Source: an uncultured delta proteobacterium
GTDB taxonomy: Bacteria; Myxococcota; UBA727; VGSZ01
Assembly: GCA_963775425.1 (NCBI GenBank)
Contig: CAVZJB010000017.1
Location: forward strand, 320,001 to 384,000
DNA length: 64,000 nucleotides
Direction: 5' to 3'
Below the pieces are notes generated by a model that saw only the letters and a list, made by a program, of their open reading frames with translations, did no database searches and was not told the DNA's origin. Positions within the stretch are counted from its first letter, which is position 1; each line of letters starts with the position of its first letter. A program made the translations under genes and the position numbers. Of the stretch, positions 54,850 through 64,000 are shown in pieces.

Positions 54850-56424
54850 GTGCTCACCCGGCTCACCTCGCGCCGCGCGGCGTGGGCGGCCGTCGCGCTC
54901 GCCTCGCTGTCGACGTTCGTCGCCCTCGCGACGGCGGGGCGCCTGCCCGGCGTCGACCTGCCCGCGCACGCCGTGACGCTCCGCCACATCCTCGACACCG
55001 AGGCGCCGGGATACGACGGCCCCTACCAGGTGCTCCCCACAGCCGCCTACACCGCGTTCTTCGCCCTCGCCCGCGCCTTCGCGTTCTTCGTCGACCCCGA
55101 GCGCGCGGTGCTCCTCGCGACCTCGCTGTCCGTGGCGCTCCTGCCGGTCTCCGCCGCTGCCGCCGCCTGTTCACTGCGCCGCTCCCCTGCCCTCGGCGTG
55201 TTCGCCCTCGCCGGCGCGTTCTCGTCGTCGCTCGGGTGGGGCCTCGCGTCCTTCGTCCTCGGCGCGAACGCCGTCGCCCTCTGCGTCGCCGCCGCCGTCG
55301 CCTGGGCGCGGCGCTCCACCGCACCGCGCGGCGTCGCGCTCGCGCTCGCGCTGTGCTTCGCCTACACCGCGCACTCCGCGGCGTGGGCCGTCGCCCTCCC
55401 GTCGGCGCTCTTCCTCTGCGCCGCGCGCGGCCGGCGATCGCCGCGCACGTTTCTCCCCGTCATCGCCGCCGGCGTGGTCACCGTCGCCGCGCTCGCGCGC
55501 TGGCGCTCCCGGCCGGACACGCCGTTTCACCTGCTGCGCCTCCAGGACGGTCCGCGCTTCGGCCCCGCGTTCTTCGCGCGCGTCGCGGAGCTGCCCTCGC
55601 ACCTCGCCGGCTTCGGCGCCGGGCACGCGCTGCCCGTCGCTTGCGCGGTGCTCGTCGCGCTCCTCGCCGCGCGCCTGATCGTTCCGCTCGCGCGCCCCCG
55701 TCGACGACGTCGTCGCCCCGGGCGCGCGCGCGTCACCTTCGCCCGCGCCGCCCCCGCCCTCGTCGCCGCCGGCTGCGCGCTCGCCTACTTCGCCACGCCG
55801 CTCGACTACACGGCCTTCTTCCTCTACCCACGCTTCGTCGTGCTGTTCGCGGTGCTCCTGCCCGCGTGCCTCCCCCGCGCGCGCGGCGCCGCCCGCGTCC
55901 TCCCCATGGTCGCGCTGGTGCCCGCGCTCGCGCTCGCGGCCGCCGCCCACGAGGAGGGGCGCGCGTTCAGCGAGAGCACGCGCTGCATCGACGAGCTCGC
56001 CGCCGCCGCCAGGCCCGGCGAGGCGCTCGTGCCGCTGTCGTGGGTCCGCGGCATGCGCGGCTACACGCAGCCGGTGACGCTCCACCTCGCCGACGTCATC
56101 GTCGCGCGCCGCGGCGGCAGCCTGCCGTTCGACTTCGTCGACATGGGCGCCAACGTCGTCGGCTACCGCGACGGCTTCGTTCGCGACATCCCGCACTGGG
56201 ACGACAGCCACCCCGAGCAATACGTCCACGCCGCCTACGGGGGCGAGTTCACCGCGTGGCTCGTCGCGCAACCGCCCAAGGGGATCGCGAGCATCTTCGG
56301 CGCGCAGCAGGGATGGACCGTGGACACCTGCGGTCCCTTCAGCCTCGTCACCGACGGCTCGGTGCCTCCCGGCAGCCGCCCCGCCGTGCGCTTCCTTCCG
56401 CACCGGCGCACGCGCCCACCATGA
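54850..56424 (+). CDS. Polytopic membrane protein, GT-C glycosyltransferase-like topology
   Basis: DLPAH in the loop after TM1, about 10 or more TMs, YPRF motif, soluble C-terminal domain. Confidence 0.55.
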   Translation: MLTRLTSRRAAWAAVALASLSTFVALATAGRLPGVDLPAHAVTLRHILDTEAPGYDGPYQVLPTAAYTAFFALARAFAFFVDPERAVLLATSLSVALLPVSAAAAACSLRRSPALGVFALAGAFSSSLGWGLASFVLGANAVALCVAAAVAWARRSTAPRGVALALALCFAYTAHSAAWAVALPSALFLCAARGRRSPRTFLPVIAAGVVTVAALARWRSRPDTPFHLLRLQDGPRFGPAFFARVAELPSHLAGFGAGHALPVACAVLVALLAARLIVPLARPRRRRRRPGRARVTFARAAPALVAAGCALAYFATPLDYTAFFLYPRFVVLFAVLLPACLPRARGAARVLPMVALVPALALAAAAHEEGRAFSESTRCIDELAAAARPGEALVPLSWVRGMRGYTQPVTLHLADVIVARRGGSLPFDFVDMGANVVGYRDGFVRDIPHWDDSHPEQYVHAAYGGEFTAWLVAQPPKGIASIFGAQQGWTVDTCGPFSLVTDGSVPPGSRPAVRFLPHRRTRPP

Positions 56425-56430
56425 GGCCAC

Positions 56431-56886
56431 TCAACGCGGCTTGACGTTGTCGCCGTAGCGCTGGCCCCACGCGAGCGTGTCGCCGGGCGTGGTGTCGATC
56501 TTCAAGGACGACGGGCCCTCCTCGACGTGCACCGCGGGCGCCTTCTCCACCGAGAACCAGATCCCCGCCTGCACCGCCAACGCGGCGTTCACGGGGATGT
56601 CTCCGGCGACGAACTCCTGGATGGTGACGCTGCCGCGGTAGCCCACCTGCCGGGGCGGGCGCGACTGCAGCGTGAAGCGGCTCCACGCGCCGTTCGCCTC
56701 GGGCAGGTGCGCGACGACGACGTAGTTGTGCGGGAGGTCCACGCCCTCGCTCTTGGCCTCCCCCGGCACCACCGTCACCTTGAGGTCGACCCCCGGCGTC
56801 GAGGGCCTGCCGGTGGTGCCCGGCGAGAGCACCTGCACGAGCTTGGCCTGGTTCACGGTGAACGCGTTGTGCGAAAGGACGGGCAT
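56431..56886 (-). CDS. Hypothetical protein
   Basis: GGGGAG RBS, host-like codons, beta-rich, ends LAWGQRYGDNVKPR. Confidence 0.65.
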   Translation of the reverse strand: MPVLSHNAFTVNQAKLVQVLSPGTTGRPSTPGVDLKVTVVPGEAKSEGVDLPHNYVVVAHLPEANGAWSRFTLQSRPPRQVGYRGSVTIQEFVAGDIPVNAALAVQAGIWFSVEKAPAVHVEEGPSSLKIDTTPGDTLAWGQRYGDNVKPR

Positions 56887-56966
56887 GCGTCTCCCCTGTG
56901 TGGAGTGTCGGCCGATGTAGGACAAAGTGGTGTGCGATCCGTCACGCCGCGCTATATGCGAGGGCC

Positions 56967-58277
56967 ATGAGCGAGCTGAACGTCGTCGAAACCGTCACCA
57001 AGCACACCTACGGCACCTGGCGCCCCCAGAGGGGCTGGAAGCCGATCCACGTCACGCGCGCCGAGGGCTGCACGTTCTTCGACGCCGCCGGCAAGCGCTA
57101 CCTCGACATGTCCGCGCAGCTCATGTGCAGCAACCTCGGCCACCAGAACAAGGCCGTCGTCGACGCCATCTGCAAGCAGGCCCAGGAGCTCTGCTTCGTG
57201 GCGCCCGGCTTCGCCACGTCGGTGCGCGCGCGGCTCGCGAACAAGCTCCTCGAGGTGGTGCCCAAGGGCATCGACAAGTTCTTCTTCGCCACGTCGGGCA
57301 CGGAGGCCAACGAGTGCGCCATCAAGATGGCGCGCTTCGTCACGGGCAAGCACAAGATCCTCGCGCGCTACAACGGCTATCACGGCTCCACGGCGACGTC
57401 GGCGGCGCTCACCGGCGACTTCCGCCGCTGGTTCGCCGAGCCCGTCCAAAGCGTCATCGGCGGCGTCATCCACGTCCCCGAGTGCAACCCCTACCGGCCC
57501 GGCCCCGGCCTCGATCCCGACTACGTCGACTACGTCTTGAACAACGAGGGCAACGTCGCCGCCATGATCGTCGAGCCCGTCGTGGGCACCAACGGCGTCC
57601 TCGTGCCGCCGGACGACTACCTGCCGCGCCTCGCCGAGATCCTGAAGCGCCACAACGTGCTGCTCATCGCCGACGAGGTGATGGCCGGCTGGGGCCGCAC
57701 GGGCCAGTGGTTCGCCGTCGACAACTGGGGCGTGAAGCCGGACATCCTCGTCACCGCCAAGGGCGTCACCTCGGCCATGGCGCCGCTCGGCGTCGTCGGC
57801 ACCACGCGCGCCGTCGCCGACTACTTCGAGGACGGGTGGTTCGCCCACGGCCACACCTACGAGAGCCACCCGCTCACGCTGGCGCCGGCGGTGGCGGCCA
57901 TCGAGGAGTACCAGCGGCTCGGCCTCATCGAGCGCGCGCGCACCATGGGCAAGGTGTTCGGCGAGAAGCTGCGCACCATGGCGGCCAAGCACAAGTCCGT
58001 CGGCGACGTGCGCGGCATCGGGATGTTCTGGGCTCTCGAGCTCGTGAAGGACCAAAAGACCAAGGAGCCCTTCAACACCTTCCATGACAAGGTCGCGAAG
58101 CGTCCTTTGATGGTCGACAAGGTGAACGCCAAGCTCATCGAGCAGGGCGTCTACGCGGTCGGGTGGATCAGCCACTTCGTGCTGGCGCCGCCGCTCATCA
58201 TCTCCGAGGCGGAGATGGACGAGTGCGTCGCTGCGCTCGACAAAGCCCTCGAGGTCGCCGACGCCGGCGCCGCCTGA
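56967..58277 (+). CDS. Class III PLP-dependent aminotransferase (omega-amino acid/taurine type)
   Basis: GKRYLD, SGTEANE, YHGST, VEPVVG, LLIADEVMAGWGRTG, PDILVTAKG, HGHTY, DVRGIG. Confidence 0.94.
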   Translation: MSELNVVETVTKHTYGTWRPQRGWKPIHVTRAEGCTFFDAAGKRYLDMSAQLMCSNLGHQNKAVVDAICKQAQELCFVAPGFATSVRARLANKLLEVVPKGIDKFFFATSGTEANECAIKMARFVTGKHKILARYNGYHGSTATSAALTGDFRRWFAEPVQSVIGGVIHVPECNPYRPGPGLDPDYVDYVLNNEGNVAAMIVEPVVGTNGVLVPPDDYLPRLAEILKRHNVLLIADEVMAGWGRTGQWFAVDNWGVKPDILVTAKGVTSAMAPLGVVGTTRAVADYFEDGWFAHGHTYESHPLTLAPAVAAIEEYQRLGLIERARTMGKVFGEKLRTMAAKHKSVGDVRGIGMFWALELVKDQKTKEPFNTFHDKVAKRPLMVDKVNAKLIEQGVYAVGWISHFVLAPPLIISEAEMDECVAALDKALEVADAGAA

Positions 58278-58290
58278 GCGAGGCGGCTTC

Positions 58291-58845
58291 TCAGCCGTGC
58301 CTCCGGCGCTTCTTCGATGGCGTGAGCGTGACCACGGCGTGCTCCAACCAGGCGACCTCGGCGCGCATCTGGAAGCGCACGTGGTCGAGGGCGAGGTCCA
58401 CGCCGGCGCCCATCCCGTGCGCCGGGGCGGCCTCGTAGGCCGCCAGCCGCTTGCGGGTCTCCCGCAGCCGCTCCGCGAGCGCCGCCCGCGCCTCGTCGGG
58501 CACGAGGTCGTCGAGGAACATCACGGCGACGTCGCTGCCGTTGCGGACGTCGCCGGCCGCGCTGAGGCGGGCGCGCAACAGCTCGAGGAAGCGCGCCTCC
58601 CCCGCGCGGTTGAGCGCGTAGACCTTGCGCGTGGGGCGATTGCCCACCTGCTCCGCGGTGACGTCGATGAGGCCCTCGTGCGCCAGCTTGTCGAGCGTGG
58701 CGTAGGCGGTGGCCTTCTTCATGTCGGCCACGCGCGCCAGGTTCTTCTCGATGAACTCGTGCACCTGGTAGCCGTGGCTGCGCTGGGCCTTCAGCATGCC
58801 GAGGAGCAGCAGGGCGCGATCGTCGGGGGCCATGGAGGAAGCCAT
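58291..58845 (-). CDS. PadR family transcriptional regulator
   Basis: LLGML...SHGYQV, YATLDKLAHEGLI, RPTRKVYALNRAGEARF, C-terminal EVAWL. Confidence 0.92.
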   Translation of the reverse strand: MASSMAPDDRALLLLGMLKAQRSHGYQVHEFIEKNLARVADMKKATAYATLDKLAHEGLIDVTAEQVGNRPTRKVYALNRAGEARFLELLRARLSAAGDVRNGSDVAVMFLDDLVPDEARAALAERLRETRKRLAAYEAAPAHGMGAGVDLALDHVRFQMRAEVAWLEHAVVTLTPSKKRRRHG

Positions 58846-58855
58846 CGGTGCCTGC

Positions 58856-59989
58856 TCAGCGTAGCGCGTCCACGATCTTCACGGCCGCCGCCTGAAGCGC
58901 GGGCAGGATGCCACCGATGACACCAACCACGAGGGCGAGGACCATGCCTGCGACGAGGTCAAGCGGCCCGAGCGCCACGGTGCCATCAAGGAGGAACGGC
59001 ATGTTGAGCGGCACGGTCGCGATGAGAAAGGACAGCGCGCAGCCGACCGCCCCGCCGAGAAGGCCGACGAGCACGCTCTCGAACAGCATGGAGGCGAGCA
59101 CCGCCCCCTTGCGGTAACCGAGGGCGCGGAGCACGCCGATCTCACGGCTGCGCTGCGCGACGGCGGCGTACATCGTGTTCATTCCACCAAAGATGGCGCC
59201 GAGCGCGATGACGATGGCGATGAAGCGGCCGAGCGCGGCCATCCAGATGCTCATGCCGCCGATCCGCGCAAACGCCGCGGCCGACGTGAGCGCCTGGATG
59301 GGCTCGCCTCGCTGGGCGTCGACGGCGCGCACGAGCGCTTCGGCGTCTGAAGGGCTCCTGGCGCGAACGAGAAAGCTCGTGACATCACCGCGGTTGGTCG
59401 CCGCCGCGAGGGCGTCGAGATCGATCCACACCTCCTGCTCGTACACCGCGCCGGCAGCGGTGAAGATCCCGCCCACGGTCCACTCGCCGTGCTCGAGCTC
59501 CAACGCGTCACCGACGCGCAGTCCATGCGCCCGCGCGAGTTGCACGCCGACGAGGACGGCGCCGCTGGAAGGCAGGGGACGCCCCTCGACGACCTGCACT
59601 TCGCGATAGAAGCGCACCGCGGTCGGTTCGATGCCGCGCAACATCACGTCGGCGACGCCGCCGCCGTGCGGCAATGTCGCTTTGGAGGCGAGCGACAGCT
59701 CCGGTGAGATCACCGGAGCGCCGTGGTCGACGGCCACCTGCTCCTGCGACGCGAGGAACGTGAGCTCACCGCGCCCCACCTGGGAAAACTCGGGGTTGAG
59801 CGCGCCCGCCTGCATCACGATCACCTCGTCGGGCGCGCCGGTCGTGGCGAACATCGTCTTCATGCGAGCGCTCACTGCGGTCATGACGATGTAGACCGCC
59901 ACCACCGCGCCGATGCCGAGCACCGTGAGGAGCGTGCGCGTCTTGCGCACGAAGAGAGAGCGGACGTTGTATGCGACGGGGACAATCAT
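58856..59989 (-). CDS. ABC transporter permease (MacB/FtsX type)
   Basis: YNVRSLFVRKTRTLLT, MNTMYAAVAQRSREIGVLRALGY, ESVL, LPALQAA. Confidence 0.93.
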   Translation of the reverse strand: MIVPVAYNVRSLFVRKTRTLLTVLGIGAVVAVYIVMTAVSARMKTMFATTGAPDEVIVMQAGALNPEFSQVGRGELTFLASQEQVAVDHGAPVISPELSLASKATLPHGGGVADVMLRGIEPTAVRFYREVQVVEGRPLPSSGAVLVGVQLARAHGLRVGDALELEHGEWTVGGIFTAAGAVYEQEVWIDLDALAAATNRGDVTSFLVRARSPSDAEALVRAVDAQRGEPIQALTSAAAFARIGGMSIWMAALGRFIAIVIALGAIFGGMNTMYAAVAQRSREIGVLRALGYRKGAVLASMLFESVLVGLLGGAVGCALSFLIATVPLNMPFLLDGTVALGPLDLVAGMVLALVVGVIGGILPALQAAAVKIVDALR

Positions 59990-60008
59990 CAACGTCTCCT
60001 CGGTTGCC

Positions 60009-61133
60009 TCAGTCCACCACGCGCAGCGCGTCGACGATCGTGAGGCGGACCGCGCCCACGGCGGGCAACAGGCCCCCGACCACGCCAACGATCACCGCGG
60101 CGCAGAAGCCGGCAACGAGCGTGGACGTCTCGAAGTGCAGCCCCGCCAACATCGCGCCCTGCCCACCAAGCGCGAGCTTGGCGAGGACAAGGCCGGTGAC
60201 GCCGCCGACGACCGCGAGCAGGACCGCCTCGCCCACGACGAGCCCGATGATGGCTGCCGGCGTGAACCCGATCGTGCGCAGCACGGCGATCTCGCGCACG
60301 CGCTCACGCACGTTCATGGACACCGCGTTGACCGCTCCGAGCAGCGTGATGAGCAGCGTCAGGACGCCCATCACCTTCAGGTAATCCACGAAGCCCACGA
60401 ACTGCTCGACGATCTTCTGCGCGTACGCAGCCTCGGACGCGGTCTCCGTGGGTGACGCCGTCACGCTCGTGTAGGCGTCGACGGCGGCCGCCACATCGGC
60501 GTCACGGGTGCCGTCGGCGGGTTTCACGAGGAACGCGGTGACACGACCGGTGGAGCCGCGCGCCTGTTGGAGGTATTCGCGGTGCACGAGGATGTGGCGC
60601 TGGAGATCGCTCCCCTGGTTGGGCAGGATGCCGCTCACGTGGAAGCTCATGGAGAGCTCCTTGATGTCCACCTGCGCGCCCGACTGCCAACCCATCTGCT
60701 GCGCGAGGAGATTGCCCACGATCATCCCCTGCTTGTCGGCCTTGAACGCCGCCCAGGCGCCCTCGTCCACGCGCAGGTTCTTCATGGCGCGGAAGGCGTC
60801 GTCGTCGACACCATAGACAAAGATGTGGACGCGCTGATCGCCGACCACGGCGAGGTCGGTGAACAGACCAGTGACCGCCGCCACGCCCTTCACCTGCCCG
60901 AGCCGCGCCTCGAGCGACGACGGCAAGCGGCTGGCGAGGACGTTGGCCCGGCCCTTCTCACGGACGTGCAACAGACGCTCGTGGCTCACCTGCTCGATGG
61001 GAAAGAGGATGCCGTCCACGCTCGCCTTCAGCGACGCCATCACGAAGATGGCCACTGCGACGCCGAGGATGACGAGCAGCGAGCGGCGCTTGTTGCGCAG
61101 CAGGTTCCTTGCGATGAGCCCGCCGTGGATCAT
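60009..61133 (-). CDS. ABC transporter permease (MacB/FtsX type)
   Basis: [43 protein letters not shown]. Confidence 0.93.
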   Translation of the reverse strand: MIHGGLIARNLLRNKRRSLLVILGVAVAIFVMASLKASVDGILFPIEQVSHERLLHVREKGRANVLASRLPSSLEARLGQVKGVAAVTGLFTDLAVVGDQRVHIFVYGVDDDAFRAMKNLRVDEGAWAAFKADKQGMIVGNLLAQQMGWQSGAQVDIKELSMSFHVSGILPNQGSDLQRHILVHREYLQQARGSTGRVTAFLVKPADGTRDADVAAAVDAYTSVTASPTETASEAAYAQKIVEQFVGFVDYLKVMGVLTLLITLLGAVNAVSMNVRERVREIAVLRTIGFTPAAIIGLVVGEAVLLAVVGGVTGLVLAKLALGGQGAMLAGLHFETSTLVAGFCAAVIVGVVGGLLPAVGAVRLTIVDALRVVD

Positions 61134-61858
61134 GCCGGCGCCCGCGCCGCCGCCGGACGCGCGGATGCGCCCGCCGCGACGGCGTCCGTGACTTTGCCGT
61201 GCGAGTACACGAGCTGGCGCGCGGCGCGGCGCGCCTTGTCGACGTCGTGCGTCACCATGACGATGGTCTTTTTGTGTTGCTCGTTCAGCGCGATGAACAG
61301 CTCCATGATCTCGTCGCCGGTCTTCTCGTCGAGATCGCCCGTTGGCTCGTCGGCGAGGATGAGCTCGGGGTCTGCGGCGATGGCGCGCGCGATGGCGACG
61401 CGCTGCTGTTGCCCGCCCGAGAGCTCGTCCGGGCGGTGGGACAGCCGGTCCTTGAGGCCGACGAGATCGAGCGCGAGCTCCGCCTGCTCGCGCCGTCGCG
61501 CCGCCGACAGACGCGTGAGCCGCAAGGGGAGCTCCACGTTTTCGAGCGCCGACAGCACGGGCACGAGGTGAAACACCTGGAAGACGAAGCCGACGTGCGT
61601 GTTGCGGAAGCGGCACAGCTCCGCCTCACGGAGCTTGGCCAGGGAGATGCCCGCGACCTCGACGCTGCCCGCGTCGGCGCGATCGAGGCCACCGAGCAGG
61701 TGGAGGAGCGTGCTCTTTCCGCAGCCCGACGGCCCGCGGATGGAGACGAGCTCCCCCGCGCCGACGTCGAGGTCCAGCCCATCCACGGGTCGGATGAGCT
61801 CGGAGCCCTTCCTGTATTGCTTCACGAGCCCCTGCGCGCGGATGAGCGTTCCGGTCAT
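61130..61858 (-). CDS. ABC transporter ATP-binding protein (LolD/MacB type)
   Basis: [37 protein letters not shown]. Confidence 0.96.
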   Translation of the reverse strand: MTGTLIRAQGLVKQYRKGSELIRPVDGLDLDVGAGELVSIRGPSGCGKSTLLHLLGGLDRADAGSVEVAGISLAKLREAELCRFRNTHVGFVFQVFHLVPVLSALENVELPLRLTRLSAARRREQAELALDLVGLKDRLSHRPDELSGGQQQRVAIARAIAADPELILADEPTGDLDEKTGDEIMELFIALNEQHKKTIVMVTHDVDKARRAARQLVYSHGKVTDAVAAGASARPAAARAPA

Positions 61859-61862
61859 CTCT

Positions 61863-63038
<1,176 letters not shown>

Positions 63039-63061
63039 CGCTGCACCATATGATCCGGCGC

Positions 63062-63085
63062 TGATTAGTCAATGATGACTAATCA
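63062..63085. promoter_or_regulatory. Perfect AT-rich inverted repeat TGATTAGTCA-atga-TGACTAATCA, candidate PadR operator
   Basis: 10-bp arms with a 4-bp spacer, 23 bp upstream of the MFP start codon. Confidence 0.75.
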
Positions 63086-63146
63086 ACGCTGACGGGCGAG
63101 CCGCAGATCGCCTTGAAGTCGAGGCGGCTTGGCGTAAACTGAACAA

Positions 63147-64000
63147 ATGATTGATTCCGCGCCGCTCTCCCGTCGTGAGGTCCTCGGCATCAACCGTGAG
63201 GCGCCCGCGCAGGCGTGGCGCGCGCTGCGCGGCGATCCGCACCTGCCGCGGTCGCGCTTCGGGCTCACGAGCGTGAAGATCTTCACTCCGAAGCTGGCGC
63301 TGGCGACATGGGCCGGGCGCCGCCCCCGCGGGCGCGCGGTCCCCGTCGTCAACCTGCCGAACCGCACGCCGACGCCCATCGCCGACGGCTGGTCCGTGCG
63401 CGTCACGCAGGTCCGCGACTTTCGCGGCGGCGCGCTCACGTACGACAGCCACAACGGCACCGACTACGCCGTGCCGCCCGGCACCGTCGTGACGGCGGCG
63501 GCGCCGGGGCGCGTGGTCGCCCTGCGCCGCGAGTTCGATCGCGGCGGGCTCAAGCTCTACGTCGACCACGGCGGCGGCTTGATGAGCTCGTACCACCACC
63601 TCGCGCGCGCGCTCGTGGACGTCGACGCGCGCGTCGCGCGCGGCCAGCCGCTCGCCCTGTCCGGCTACTCCGGGATCGACGCGCTCGCCTCGTTCCCGTG
63701 GGTGGCGCCTCATGTGCACTCGAACGTCTACCTGGGCGGGCGCGTCGTCGATCCGTTCGCGGCCGAGGGCGAGATCTCCCTGTGGCGCGGCGACGAAAAC
63801 CGGCCGCTGAGCGCGCGCGCGTCCGAGCCCGGCGACGAGACCCGCTTCGACGCCGCCGCGGTCGACGACGTTGTCGGGCTCTTGAGAGACGACGATCGCC
63901 GCGCGGTCCTCGCGCGCATCCCCGACGTCGATCTGCGCGCGTGGGCGCTGGTCATCGAGGCGTGCACCTACCCGTCGCGCTTCGGCGGCGAGGGCGCTTC
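63147..64000 (+). CDS. M23 family metallopeptidase, 3'-truncated by the window (absent from the ORF track)
   Basis: Manual translation from ATG 63147: TYDSHNGTDYAVPPGTVVTAAAPG (HxxxD), VDHGGGLMSSYHHL, SGYSG, PHVH (HxH), VVDPF. Confidence 0.9.
   Translation, partial: MIDSAPLSRREVLGINREAPAQAWRALRGDPHLPRSRFGLTSVKIFTPKLALATWAGRRPRGRAVPVVNLPNRTPTPIADGWSVRVTQVRDFRGGALTYDSHNGTDYAVPPGTVVTAAAPGRVVALRREFDRGGLKLYVDHGGGLMSSYHHLARALVDVDARVARGQPLALSGYSGIDALASFPWVAPHVHSNVYLGGRVVDPFAAEGEISLWRGDENRPLSARASEPGDETRFDAAAVDDVVGLLRDDDRRAVLARIPDVDLRAWALVIEACTYPSRFGGEGA

Overview
Very GC-rich bacterial chromosomal DNA whose gene repertoire looks like Myxococcota/Deltaproteobacteria (FHA-sigma54 activator, myxobacterial-type PilZ, REC-DUF4388, many Cys-rich lipoproteins); the taxonomy is an inference. 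I call about 55 coding regions and find no rRNA, tRNA or CRISPR array. Recognisable blocks are a REC-GGDEF cyclase, a PaaZ/BoxD-type aldehyde dehydrogenase, a MATE pump, an RlmN-like methylase, DUF47-Pit, a lipoprotein-vWA-histidine kinase-response regulator-GH1 operon, MoxR-vWA, an oxidative pentose phosphate cluster (zwf-opcA-pgl-gnd), dinB, GH57, truA, a PadR-linked ABC export operon and a partial M23 peptidase. A decayed IS1182-family element (about 14184-15911) sits beside a 1.07 kb scrambled segment bounded by 36-bp direct repeats. The best leads are: (1) four dispersed lipoproteins sharing a lipobox/(Cys module)/(Gly-Glu)n/variable-cargo design; (2) an HD-fold protein with SD in place of HD, translationally coupled to an intact PilZ; (3) strongly base-paired non-coding ends of the IS1182 element; (4) a rhombotarget-lipoprotein-like/vWA/two-component module with a cre-tag-like repeat; (5) a perfect palindromic operator ahead of the PadR/ABC operon; (6) a 1 kb hexamer-built repeat splitting a HEAT-like region in frame. 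All family assignments come from motif recognition by eye; no searches were run, and start codons were chosen manually.
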